64,000 bases of DNA from Bacteroidota bacterium (GTDB lineage: Bacteria; Bacteroidota; Bacteroidia; NS11-12g; UBA955), in NCBI GenBank assembly GCA_030834125.1, contig JAURFW010000011.1, forward strand, positions 856-64,855. Reading direction: 5' to 3'. Numbering within the stretch: position 1 is the stretch's first letter; each line of letters begins with the position of its first letter. The position numbers and the translations under genes were made by a program. This document shows positions 1-9,102 of the stretch, piece after piece. Under the pieces are notes generated by a model. It did no database searches. It saw nothing but the letters and a program-made list of their open reading frames with translations, and was not told where the DNA came from.

Positions 1-1358
1 ACACGAAGACCCATGCGGATTGAAAATCTCCCATTTGAATTGTAATCTTCTGTTAAGTAAACTGCATTTTCAAGGGCGTATTTATTAGGAAGACTAAAGT
101 TATTTGTTCCCGCAGAGCTAGTTGCAACCGCGTTACCCGGAGTAAAAATGTAGTAAGTAGACTGACCACCAAAGCCTATTTGATTTTTTGGATTTGCGAA
201 ATAGGTAAAATCAGCTTTAAGGCTATTGTTGTTTATGTAAGAGGTCCAATTAAAGGACAAATCATTACCGTTGCTAAACTCTAAATTATATCTATATCGG
301 CTGTAGTAATAGGTTATGTTTGAGAACCATTTGTCATTGTAGACATGATTCCATCTACCGGTAACGGTGCTATTGCCCCATTTTACTCCAAACGCATTTG
401 CAGCGTAGAAAATATCATCTCCGATATAAGTTGATAGGAAAAACCTATCTTTAGCAGTTTCATAATTAACCTTTGCCGTTAAATCATAAAAGTAAAACCT
501 ACTTCCACTAAGGTCATCATTTAAAAAGGGTTTCGCTAAAACATCAATATAACTTCGTCTTCCGGCGATTATAAAACTAGCCTTATCTGTTGCAATGGGA
601 CCTTCTATTGAACCACGACTAAAAATTGTACCAATACCTCCATTTGCTTGATACTTCTTATTGTTACCATCTTTGGTGATAACATCTAATACAGAGCTTA
701 ATCTTCCACCATAATTTGCGGGTATACCTCCTTTTATAAGCTGTACATCTTTTACCGCATCAGGGTTGAAAATACTGAAAAACCCAAATAAGTGAGCAGA
801 ATTAAAAATTGGAGCTTCATCCATTAATACTAAGTTTTGATCTATTGATCCGCCGCGAACATTGAAACCGGAAGCTCCTTCACCTACTGTGGTTACTCCA
901 GGTAATAATTGAATGCTCTTTATAACGTCAGCCTCTCCTAAGAAAGCCGGGATTTTTTTAATTACTTTTCCAGTTATACTTTGTGTTGATATGTCAATTT
1001 TCTTAACATTATCATTTTTTCTTGCCCTTACATTAACCTCCTCAATTTCCTCAATTTCAGGTTTAAGAAAGAATTTTTTTGAGATAGATTCTCCAGCTTT
1101 TATAGTTATTACCGTTTCTAAATTTTCAAAGTCTTTAGAAGAAATTTTAATATCGTGTTTCCCGCTAGAAAGTATAAGACTGAAATAGCCGTAATTATTA
1201 GTAATAACCGAAGTGTTATCAGTTATTGATTGAACAACTGCTCCCTTAATTGTTTCACCCGACGAATTATCTTTAATAAATCCACTAAGCGTAGCGGTTT
1301 GGGCAATCAAATACCCTGGAAAAATCCAACTCACGAGGAGGAAAAACCGAGTCCACAT
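1..1358 (-). CDS. TonB-dependent outer membrane receptor (5' part; runs off the left end of the window)
   Basis: Not in the ORF track. Manual translation from ATG 1358 gives MWTRFFLLVSWIFPGYLIAQTATLSGFIKDNSSGETIKGA (signal peptide, then Q, then a CarboxypepD_reg-like domain). The plug motif follows: DVIKSIQLLPGVTTVGEGASGFNVRGGSIDQNLVLMDEAPIFNSAHLFGFFSIFNPDAVKDVQLIKGGIPANYGGRLSSVLDV. Confidence 0.9.
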   Translation of the reverse strand, partial: MWTRFFLLVSWIFPGYLIAQTATLSGFIKDNSSGETIKGAVVQSITDNTSVITNNYGYFSLILSSGKHDIKISSKDFENLETVITIKAGESISKKFFLKPEIEEIEEVNVRARKNDNVKKIDISTQSITGKVIKKIPAFLGEADVIKSIQLLPGVTTVGEGASGFNVRGGSIDQNLVLMDEAPIFNSAHLFGFFSIFNPDAVKDVQLIKGGIPANYGGRLSSVLDVITKDGNNKKYQANGGIGTIFSRGSIEGPIATDKASFIIAGRRSYIDVLAKPFLNDDLSGSRFYFYDLTAKVNYETAKDRFFLSTYIGDDIFYAANAFGVKWGNSTVTGRWNHVYNDKWFSNITYYYSRYRYNLEFSNGNDLSFNWTSYINNNSLKADFTYFANPKNQIGFGGQSTYYIFTPGNAVATSSAGTNNFSLPNKYALENAVYLTEDYNSNGRFSIRMGLR

Positions 1359-1367
1359 ATTAGACTA

Positions 1368-1400
1368 ACAAAAATACCTCCGAAATGGAGGTATTTTTGT
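1368..1400 (-). terminator. Intrinsic terminator hairpin downstream of gltA
   Basis: Perfect 14-bp inverted repeat ACAAAAATACCTCC-gaaat-GGAGGTATTTTTGT with T-tracts on both strands. Confidence 0.75.
1369..1376 (-). promoter_or_regulatory. Bacteroidota -7 promoter box for the TonB-dependent receptor
   Basis: TATTTTTG, 10 nt before ATG 1358, lying inside the terminator arm. Confidence 0.5.
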
Positions 1401-1447
1401 GATATATCGATTAATGCTATTAATCGAGGTACAAATGTTGTTATTAG

Positions 1448-2740
1448 TTAGGCTCTTTTATCTATTGGAATAAACTCTCTCAATGTTGCACCCGTATAAA
1501 TTTGTCTTGGGCGAGCAATAGGGTGTTTATCACGGCGCATTTCTTGCCATTGGCTGATCCATCCAGGTAGACGACCTAATGCAAACAATACAGTAAAGAA
1601 GTCAGTTGGGAAACCTAGGGCACGGTATATGATTCCAGAATAGAAATCTACGTTCGGGAATAATTTACGCTCCACAAAATAGGGATCCTTTAATGCTGCC
1701 TGCTCAAGTTCTTTTGCGATTTCCAATACGGGATCGTTAACTCCAAGTTTTTCCAATACTTCGTCTGCTGAGGTTTTAATTATTTTCGCACGAGGGTCGA
1801 AGTTCTTGTATACACGATGTCCGAATCCCATTAAACGGAATGGATCATTCTTGTCTTTTGCCTTATCGAGATATTTCTGAACATCACCACCGTCATTTTT
1901 GATGTTTTCTAACATCTCTAATACTTCTTGGTTTGCACCTCCATGAAGAGGACCCCAAAGAGCACTAATACCTGCAGAAATACTACTGTATAAACTTGCT
2001 TGGCTTGAGCCTACTACACGAACAGTACTTGCAGAACAGTTTTGCTCATGATCCGCGTGAAGAATTAAAAGCTTATTCATTGCTTTTACCACCACTGGGT
2101 CAGGCGTATAGTTAGGGTCTGCAACTTGACCAAAAGACATATTTAGGAAGTTGGTCACATAATCTAAATTATTCTTTGGATAAACAGTAGGGTGACCATT
2201 TTGCTTTTTGAAAATCATAGCGCAGATGGTTGGCATTTTTGCCATTAACCTTATTACAGTGCGGTTTATAGCTTCCTCTGGTCTGTTTGGATTTAATGCT
2301 TTAGGGTAATATAAGCTTAGTGCAGAAATCATACTGCTTAATTGTCCCATTGGATGGCTACCTGTTGGGAATGCCTTAAACATAGCATCTAACCCTTCAT
2401 TTACTAAAGTGTGTTCAGTGATACTAGTCTCAAAAGATTCTATTTCAACCTTATTAGGTAGCTTTCCGTAAAGAATCAAGTACGATACTTCAAGAAATGA
2501 ACAATTTTCAGCTAAATCTTCGATACTATATCCTCTATGACGTAGAATTCCTTTTTCACCGTCTAAAAAAGTAATTTCACTAGTTGTTGAACCGGTATTT
2601 TTATAACCAGGGTCTAAGGTTATATGACCTGTTTTACTCCTTAAGGTAGAAATGTCAATGGCTTTTTCTCCCTCGGAACCTTTGATTACGGGAAATTCAA
2701 ATTCATTTCCCTCTAGTGTAATTTTTGCAATTTCTGACAT
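1448..2740 (-). CDS. gltA: Citrate synthase
   Basis: Motifs LHADHEQNCS, GPLHGGANQ, GFGHRVYKNFDPRA and PNVDFYSG. Confidence 0.97.
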   Translation of the reverse strand: MSEIAKITLEGNEFEFPVIKGSEGEKAIDISTLRSKTGHITLDPGYKNTGSTTSEITFLDGEKGILRHRGYSIEDLAENCSFLEVSYLILYGKLPNKVEIESFETSITEHTLVNEGLDAMFKAFPTGSHPMGQLSSMISALSLYYPKALNPNRPEEAINRTVIRLMAKMPTICAMIFKKQNGHPTVYPKNNLDYVTNFLNMSFGQVADPNYTPDPVVVKAMNKLLILHADHEQNCSASTVRVVGSSQASLYSSISAGISALWGPLHGGANQEVLEMLENIKNDGGDVQKYLDKAKDKNDPFRLMGFGHRVYKNFDPRAKIIKTSADEVLEKLGVNDPVLEIAKELEQAALKDPYFVERKLFPNVDFYSGIIYRALGFPTDFFTVLFALGRLPGWISQWQEMRRDKHPIARPRQIYTGATLREFIPIDKRA

Positions 2741-2759
2741 ATCTTTTTTTGGAATTAGG

Positions 2760-2791
2760 CAAATATAGTCAGAAACAAAGGCTGTTTCAAA
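2760..2791 (-). promoter_or_regulatory. -33/-7 promoter of gltA
   Basis: TTTG-N20-TATATTTG on the minus strand, ending 19 nt before the ATG. Confidence 0.7.
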
Positions 2792-2798
2792 TGTTTGA

Positions 2799-2819
2799 AC
2801 AAACTTTACACAAACTTTA
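2799..2819. repeat. 10-bp direct repeat with 11-bp period (possible regulator binding site)
   Basis: ACAAACTTTA-c-ACAAACTTTA just upstream of the gltA -33 box. Confidence 0.45.
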
Positions 2820-3071
2820 ACGAGATTCTAATTCTTTTATTCCTTTTGCTGTGAGTTGAAATTTTACTTTCAGAATTGCATCCATATTAATAGTTAATTT
2901 CTGTTTATTCGATGAGTCTAATGCCTTGATATACCTATGATGTAGTAGCTGTTTAACTATATCAATAATTACAGGTTTGCTAAGATTAATTTCATCAATA
3001 ACTGCTTCCAATGATTCTGCATGAATCATTCTCTCCATTACTAATATTTCGTCATTACCAATTTCGAGCAT
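2817..3071 (-). CDS. Small hypothetical protein, winged-helix-like
   Basis: 84 aa, starting 5 nt after the lysS stop. Helix-rich, with a C-terminal FQLTAKG wing motif typical of wHTH folds. Confidence 0.6.
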   Translation of the reverse strand: MLEIGNDEILVMERMIHAESLEAVIDEINLSKPVIIDIVKQLLHHRYIKALDSSNKQKLTINMDAILKVKFQLTAKGIKELESR

Positions 3072-3076
3072 TTCAT

Positions 3077-4591
3077 TTAAAGTCCTTTTTCTGGTCGCAT
3101 TTGCGGAAAGAAAAGTACCTCTTGTATTGAAGACTGATTGGTTAACATCATTGTTAATCTATCGATTCCAATTCCTAAACCACTAGTAGGGGGCATTCCA
3201 TATTCTAAAGAACGAATAAAATCATGATCCATAGCCATTGCTTCTTCATCGCCCCTTTCTGCAAGCTTCAATTGGTCTTCAAAACGTTCTTTTTGGTCTA
3301 TTGGGTCATTTAATTCGGAATAGGCATTAGCTATTTCTTTTCCATTTACAAATAGTTCAAAGCGTTCAACTAAACCTTCTTTCTCTCTATGTTTTTTTGT
3401 AAGGGGACTCATTTCTATTGGATAATCTGTAATGAACGTTGGTTGAATTAAATGCCCCTCGGCTTTTGAACCAAATATTTCATCTATGAGTTTTGCTGAA
3501 CCCATATCCGAAGTAACTTCACAACCTATGCTTTTTGCAAATTGTCCAAGATCTTCTTCAGATTTACCTTCTATATCGAAATCTGCATATTTTTTAATGG
3601 CTTCAGCCATCGTAAGGCGTTGATATGGACGAGCAAAAGATATATTATTATCACCAACAGTAGCATCAGTGGTTCCGTTAACATCAATTGCTGCCTTTTC
3701 AATCATCTCTTCGACAAAATCCATCATCCAGTTATAATCCTTATAGGCTACATAAATTTCTAGACCAGTAAATTCCGGATTGTGAGTTCTGTCTATACCT
3801 TCGTTTCTGAAGTTCTTTGCAAATTCGTATACACCATCAAAGCCACCTACAATGAGCCTTTTCAGATATAGTTCATTTGCAATTCTGAGGTAAAGAGGCA
3901 TGTCAAGTGCATTGTGATGTGTTTTAAAAGGTCTTGCCGCTGCACCACCATGAATTGCTTGTAAAATTGGGGTTTCAACTTCTAGATATCCCCTTTCGTT
4001 AAATAGGTTTCTTAGACTTTGAATTAGTTTACTTCTTTTAAGAAAAATATCTTTTTTCTCAGGGTTAACAATTAAATCTACATAGCGCATTCTGTAACGT
4101 GCTTCTGGGTCGGTAAATGCGTCATATATAATGCCATCTTTTTCCTTGGGAAGTGGAAGTGGATTTAAGCATTTTGACAATAGAGTTAGTGAACTTACAT
4201 GAACAGAAATTTCACCAGTTTTGGTAAAGAAAACATAACCTTTAACTCCAATTATATCGCCTATATCGAGAAGTTTTTTGAATACATTATTGTATAAGGT
4301 TTTATCCTCATTAGGACAAATCTCATCTCTATTGACATAAATCTGGATTTTCGCACTGCTATCTTGAAGAACGGCGAAAGCGGCCTTACCCATGATACGG
4401 CGGGCCATTAAACGACCAGCAATAACTACTTCTTTAAAATTATCAGGGTTATTCTCAAAGTTCGTAAGAATTTCTTGAGCAAAAGTATTTACTGGAAAAA
4501 GTTCTGCAGGAAAAGGGTTTATACCTATAGCTTTTAATTCAGAAAGTGATTCTCTCCTCAGTCTTTGTTGTTCGTTTATACTTGGTTCCAT
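3077..4591 (-). CDS. lysS: Lysine--tRNA ligase (class II)
   Basis: OB-fold N-terminus; [31 protein letters not shown] and [16 protein letters not shown] -7 box TAAATTTG lies at 4605-4612. Confidence 0.98.
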   Translation of the reverse strand: MEPSINEQQRLRRESLSELKAIGINPFPAELFPVNTFAQEILTNFENNPDNFKEVVIAGRLMARRIMGKAAFAVLQDSSAKIQIYVNRDEICPNEDKTLYNNVFKKLLDIGDIIGVKGYVFFTKTGEISVHVSSLTLLSKCLNPLPLPKEKDGIIYDAFTDPEARYRMRYVDLIVNPEKKDIFLKRSKLIQSLRNLFNERGYLEVETPILQAIHGGAAARPFKTHHNALDMPLYLRIANELYLKRLIVGGFDGVYEFAKNFRNEGIDRTHNPEFTGLEIYVAYKDYNWMMDFVEEMIEKAAIDVNGTTDATVGDNNISFARPYQRLTMAEAIKKYADFDIEGKSEEDLGQFAKSIGCEVTSDMGSAKLIDEIFGSKAEGHLIQPTFITDYPIEMSPLTKKHREKEGLVERFELFVNGKEIANAYSELNDPIDQKERFEDQLKLAERGDEEAMAMDHDFIRSLEYGMPPTSGLGIGIDRLTMMLTNQSSIQEVLFFPQMRPEKGL

Positions 4592-4625
4592 GCAATATGA
4601 TTTGCAAATTTAGCCAATTTTTATA

Positions 4626-5294
4626 CTATAAATTGTTTGTGGAAGAATTATCTGTTTTAGATTCAGAGGATTGTTTTGAGAGAATTATTGACGGTGAAGG
4701 AAGGGTAAACCATTTTTGGGCTATAATCATTATTGCTACGCCAACTGTTATACAAGCATCAGCAAAGTTCCAAATTGGTGCGAAAAATACAAAATGTTCA
4801 CCGCCAATAAACGGAATCCAATCCGCAGGAACACCTTCATAAATAGGGGCATAAAACATATCTACTACGTGGCCCTCGAACCAAGTAGCGACATATCCAT
4901 TAATATCATCAAAAACAACACCATAAAAGATAGAATCAATAATATTTCCAATAGCACCTGCAAGTACCAAAGCCAAAGATATAATTAGTCCTTTATGATA
5001 GTTGCCTTTAATAATTGAAACCAAATAAACTATTCCAAAGGCTGAAACCAGTATTCGGAAGAAAGTGAGGATTAGTTTCCCTACTTTACCGCCTCCAAAA
5101 AGTTTCATTCCAAAGGCCATGCCTTCGTTTTCAATAAAGTATAACTTAAACCAATTCTCAAATAAAGTAAAAGACTCTCCGTAAATGAAGTGAGTCTTTA
5201 TATAAATTTTAATAATTTGATCGATTAATACTGCACCAATTAATACAGTAAAAGCCAATATCCAACGGTTTCTACTAGTTTTTAGAGATTCCAA
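4626..5294 (-). CDS. lspA: Lipoprotein signal peptidase (signal peptidase II)
   Basis: DQIIK, ENEGMAFG, AGAIGNIIDS, VVDM and WNFAD motifs. The TTG start is uncertain. Confidence 0.92.
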   Translation of the reverse strand: MESLKTSRNRWILAFTVLIGAVLIDQIIKIYIKTHFIYGESFTLFENWFKLYFIENEGMAFGMKLFGGGKVGKLILTFFRILVSAFGIVYLVSIIKGNYHKGLIISLALVLAGAIGNIIDSIFYGVVFDDINGYVATWFEGHVVDMFYAPIYEGVPADWIPFIGGEHFVFFAPIWNFADACITVGVAIMIIAQKWFTLPSPSIILSKQSSESKTDNSSTNNL

Positions 5295-5296
5295 AA

Positions 5297-5674
5297 TTAA
5301 CGCTTAATTTTAGCTTCTACAGTTTGGGTAGTGTGTGGAACCAGTATTAATCTTTCTTTGGGAATAAGCTTTCCAGTGGTTTTGCATACACCATAGGTTT
5401 TATTTGAAATTCTTACCAAAGCAGCCTCTAAACTTTTGATAAATTTTAATTGGTGTGCAGCCAACTGATTTAAACTTTCTTTCTCTAAGGTCTCCGCACC
5501 ATCATCTAAAGTAAGGTAATTATTATTTGAAGAATCTGCACCACTTCCATCACCATCTTTTAATTGACCCTGTAAAGTTCTAAACTCAGATTTTGCCGAG
5601 TCCAATTTCTTCATAATTATGGCTCTGAACTCTTCTAATTCAGCATCGGTGTAACGGGTTTTTTCTCTTTCCAT
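5297..5674 (-). CDS. TraR/DksA family transcription factor
   Basis: Coiled coil followed by ALVRISNKTYGVCKTTGKLIPKERLILVPHT; the ileS-dksA-lspA order is typical of Bacteroidota. Confidence 0.9.
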   Translation of the reverse strand: MEREKTRYTDAELEEFRAIIMKKLDSAKSEFRTLQGQLKDGDGSGADSSNNNYLTLDDGAETLEKESLNQLAAHQLKFIKSLEAALVRISNKTYGVCKTTGKLIPKERLILVPHTTQTVEAKIKR

Positions 5675-5692
5675 AGACTTTAAGTTTTAGAT

Positions 5693-8600
5693 TTAACTTT
5701 TTATAATTTTCAAAAATAGGGGTTTTTCGTATACTTCTGTTTGAAGTTCTGTTACTGAATCGTTAAACGAAATACTTGACGCAAGTACTTCAGAGGCAAT
5801 ATATTGCGAAAAATTAAATGCACTTTCTTGAAGCTCTGAATCACCAGAATATTCAATTTCTATATGGTCTGTAACTTCAAATCCAAGTTCTTTTCTGAGG
5901 TTTTGAATTCTATTTACCATTTCACGTGCAATACCCTCTTGTTTTAACTCATCAGTAATATTAATATCAAGTGCAACGGTCGTATCACCTTCACTACTAA
6001 CTAACCATCCTGGCATATCTTGTGTAGATAATTCAATTTCGCTAATGAGAATTTCTTGGATTTCACCGTTTACATCTATTTCAATTTTCCCTTCAGATTC
6101 AAGAATTTGAATCTGTTCTTTGTTTAACAATTGAATTGCATTTCCAACCACCTTCATTTTAGGACCAAGTTTTTTACCAAGTACCTTAAAGTTGGGTTTA
6201 ACTTTTTTAACTAAAAGTTGATTGTCTGCTGAAAGGAATTCAATTTCTTTAACATTTACCTCAGAAAGAATAATATGTTTTACGGCATTTAATTCTTCTT
6301 CCATTTTGGGATTTAAGATGGGAATTAATATTTTTTGTAATGGTTGACGTACCTTAATTTTCTCTTTTTTACGAAGTGATAATACGAGACTACTTACAAG
6401 TTGCGCCCTTGCCATTTTCGATTCTAGATCGGTATCAATCCAACTTCTATCAACTTCAGGCCAGTCTGTTAAATGAACAGATTCTACTTCACTGCCTTGA
6501 TGAATTTTATGGTTATTTAAAGCGCGGAATAACCAATCTGAGAAGAAGGGTACAACCGGAGCAATAATTTTAGAGAGGGTATTTAAGCAAGTAAATAGAG
6601 TATCATAAGCAGCGAGTTTATCTTCGTTTAATTCACCTTTCCAAAAGACTCTTCTTGACAAACGAACAAACCAGTTACTGAGTTCTTCACCAACAAATTC
6701 TTCTATCAATCTTGATCCTTTTGTTGGATCATAGTCATTCAATGAATTGGTTACCTCACTTACTAATGAGTTTAACTTACTCATAATCCATCTATCTAAC
6801 TCACTTCGATTTTCTTTATTAATTGTTCTATTCGAGTCAAACTGATAATTATCAATATTGGCATAGATTGCAAAGAATCCATAAGTATTATAAAGGGTAC
6901 CTAAGAATTTTCTTTGCGACTCTTGCACGCCATCTAAGTCGAATTTTAAATTATCCCAAGGTTGTGAATTAGTTGACATATACCAACGAACGGCATCTGC
7001 TCCAAATTTATCAACTGTGGTAAACGGATCAATTGCATTGCCAAGTCGTTTACTCATTTTATTGCCGTTTTTATCTAGTACTAGACCATTGGCAATTACA
7101 TTTTTAAATGCTACACTATCAAAAAGCATAACACCCAGCGCATGAAGTGTGAAGAACCAGCCTCTAGTTTGATCCACTCCTTCTGCTATAAAGTCAGCAG
7201 GGAAGTTAGAATTGAAAATATCATCATTTTCAAATGGCCAGTGCCATTGTGCATAAGGCATTGCACCACTATCAAACCAAACATCTATTAGGTCAGTTTC
7301 TCTTTTCATTGGTTTACCTGAAGGGCTAACCAACGTAATATCATCTACAAAAGGACGATGTAAATCGAAGGAGTCTTTATCTACAGTTTGATTTAAGCCT
7401 AATGATTGGTTTGCATTTTCAATTTCCTCAACTAATTGGTTTATACTTCCGATACAAATTTCCTCTTCTTGGTCTTCTGTGCGCCAAATAGGCAAGGGTG
7501 TTCCCCAATATCTAGATCTACTTAGATTCCAATCTACAAGATTCTCCAACCAGTTTCCAAATCTACCTTCACCTGTACTTTTGGGTTTCCAATTTATGGT
7601 TTTATTTAGCTCTACCAAACGATCTTTAACAGCCGTAGTTTTGATGAACCAACTTTCTAATGGATAGTAAAGTATTGGTTTATCTGTTCTCCAACAATGC
7701 GGATAAGTGTGCTCATAACGTTCAACTTTAAATGCTTTATTTTCAGTTTTTAGTTTAATGGCAATTCTCTCGTCAACGCTTAGGTATTTATCACGTCCTT
7801 GAATTTCAATTTCTGTATTTTTTTCGTCTTCAGATAGATATGCTTCCTTAACGAATTCACCTGCAAAATCAATTACCTCCTCTACAAATTTTCCTTCTTT
7901 ATTAACAAGGGTTAAACTACCAATTCCATTTTGCTTGCAGGTTCTAAAGTCATCTGCTCCAAAACTTGGTGCTAAATGTACAATACCAGTACCATCTTCA
8001 GTACTAACAAAATCGCCGATTACAACTCGAAATGCATCACCATCTGTAGGTTGGGTATAAGGCAAAAGTTGTTCGTATTTAGTGCCTTCTATGTCTTTTC
8101 CGATGATGGTTTTAATGATTTTCCAAGGAAGTTGTTTACTTCCAGGTTCATATTCATCAAATGATATATTTTCATTTTCAGCGTTGAAGAATTTATGAAT
8201 TAAATCCTTCGCTAATGTCACGATAATTTTATCTCCAGTGTAAGGATTAAAGGTTTCAACATCCACATATTGAATTCTTGCTCCAACTGCTAATGCTGTA
8301 TTACTTGGTAAAGTCCAGGGTGTGGTTGTCCAAGCAATGAAATATTCATTTTCTGTTCCTACTTTTTTAAACTGGGCTACAACCGTAGTGTCTTTAACAT
8401 TTTGGTAAGTACCAGGTTGGTTTAACTCATGTGAACTTAATCCCGTGCCGGCAGCAGGTGAATAAGGCTGAATGGTATATCCTTTATACAAAAACCCTTT
8501 ATCGTAGAGCTTTTTTAATAAAGACCACAGGGTTTCTATATATTCATTTTCGTAGGTTACATAAGGGTTATCTAGATCAACCCAGTAACCAATTCTTTTA

Positions 8601-9001
8601 GTTAAATCATCCCAAGTATCCTTAAACTTAAGGACATCTGTTCTACATTCTTTATTGTAATCAGCAACAGAAATTTTAGTTCCAATATCGTCTTTTCGAA
8701 TTCCTAATCTTTTTTCAACCTGAAGTTCAATTGGTAATCCATGAGTATCCCATCCTCCTTTTCGCTCTACTTTATAACCTTGTTGGGTTTTGTATCGACA
8801 GAATATGTCCTTCATTGCGCGTGCCATTACGTGATGTATACCGGGCATTCCATTAGCTGAAGGAGGACCTTCAAAGAAGGTAAATGAGCGATTTGCAGAC
8901 CGACCATTAATACTTTTTTGGAAGATTCCTTTTTCCTCCCAAAATTGAAGAATTTCTTTTTCAATTTCGGGCCAATTCATCTGCGCTAATGTTTTGTACA
9001 T
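5693..9001 (-). CDS. ileS: Isoleucine--tRNA ligase, type 2
   Basis: GPPSANGMPGIHH, GWDTHGLP, WTTTPWTLP, DQTRGWF and KMSKR motifs; long C-terminus as in IleRS2. A -7 box TATTTTTG lies at 9028-9035. Confidence 0.98.
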   Translation of the reverse strand: MYKTLAQMNWPEIEKEILQFWEEKGIFQKSINGRSANRSFTFFEGPPSANGMPGIHHVMARAMKDIFCRYKTQQGYKVERKGGWDTHGLPIELQVEKRLGIRKDDIGTKISVADYNKECRTDVLKFKDTWDDLTKRIGYWVDLDNPYVTYENEYIETLWSLLKKLYDKGFLYKGYTIQPYSPAAGTGLSSHELNQPGTYQNVKDTTVVAQFKKVGTENEYFIAWTTTPWTLPSNTALAVGARIQYVDVETFNPYTGDKIIVTLAKDLIHKFFNAENENISFDEYEPGSKQLPWKIIKTIIGKDIEGTKYEQLLPYTQPTDGDAFRVVIGDFVSTEDGTGIVHLAPSFGADDFRTCKQNGIGSLTLVNKEGKFVEEVIDFAGEFVKEAYLSEDEKNTEIEIQGRDKYLSVDERIAIKLKTENKAFKVERYEHTYPHCWRTDKPILYYPLESWFIKTTAVKDRLVELNKTINWKPKSTGEGRFGNWLENLVDWNLSRSRYWGTPLPIWRTEDQEEEICIGSINQLVEEIENANQSLGLNQTVDKDSFDLHRPFVDDITLVSPSGKPMKRETDLIDVWFDSGAMPYAQWHWPFENDDIFNSNFPADFIAEGVDQTRGWFFTLHALGVMLFDSVAFKNVIANGLVLDKNGNKMSKRLGNAIDPFTTVDKFGADAVRWYMSTNSQPWDNLKFDLDGVQESQRKFLGTLYNTYGFFAIYANIDNYQFDSNRTINKENRSELDRWIMSKLNSLVSEVTNSLNDYDPTKGSRLIEEFVGEELSNWFVRLSRRVFWKGELNEDKLAAYDTLFTCLNTLSKIIAPVVPFFSDWLFRALNNHKIHQGSEVESVHLTDWPEVDRSWIDTDLESKMARAQLVSSLVLSLRKKEKIKVRQPLQKILIPILNPKMEEELNAVKHIILSEVNVKEIEFLSADNQLLVKKVKPNFKVLGKKLGPKMKVVGNAIQLLNKEQIQILESEGKIEIDVNGEIQEILISEIELSTQDMPGWLVSSEGDTTVALDINITDELKQEGIAREMVNRIQNLRKELGFEVTDHIEIEYSGDSELQESAFNFSQYIASEVLASSISFNDSVTELQTEVYEKPLFLKIIKS

Positions 9002-9050
9002 GAAATGACTAACGATTTTTGGAAGTGCAAAAATACCACTTTTTATACCA

Positions 9051-9077
9051 AAAGAAAAGGGCCGCTCGGGCCCTTTT
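9051..9077 (-). terminator. Intrinsic terminator after the TBDR / hydrolase-fold gene pair
   Basis: AAAAGGGCC-gctcg-GGCCCTTTT hairpin; on the minus strand it ends in TTTTCTTTT. Confidence 0.75.
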
Positions 9078-9102
9078 ACTTAAATGATGTATGTAAAATA
9101 AA

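Noticed and set aside
913-1451. Plus-strand ORFs 913..1188 and 1230..1451
   Set aside because: They are antisense shadows of the minus-strand TonB-dependent receptor and the terminator region, with no recognisable motifs.
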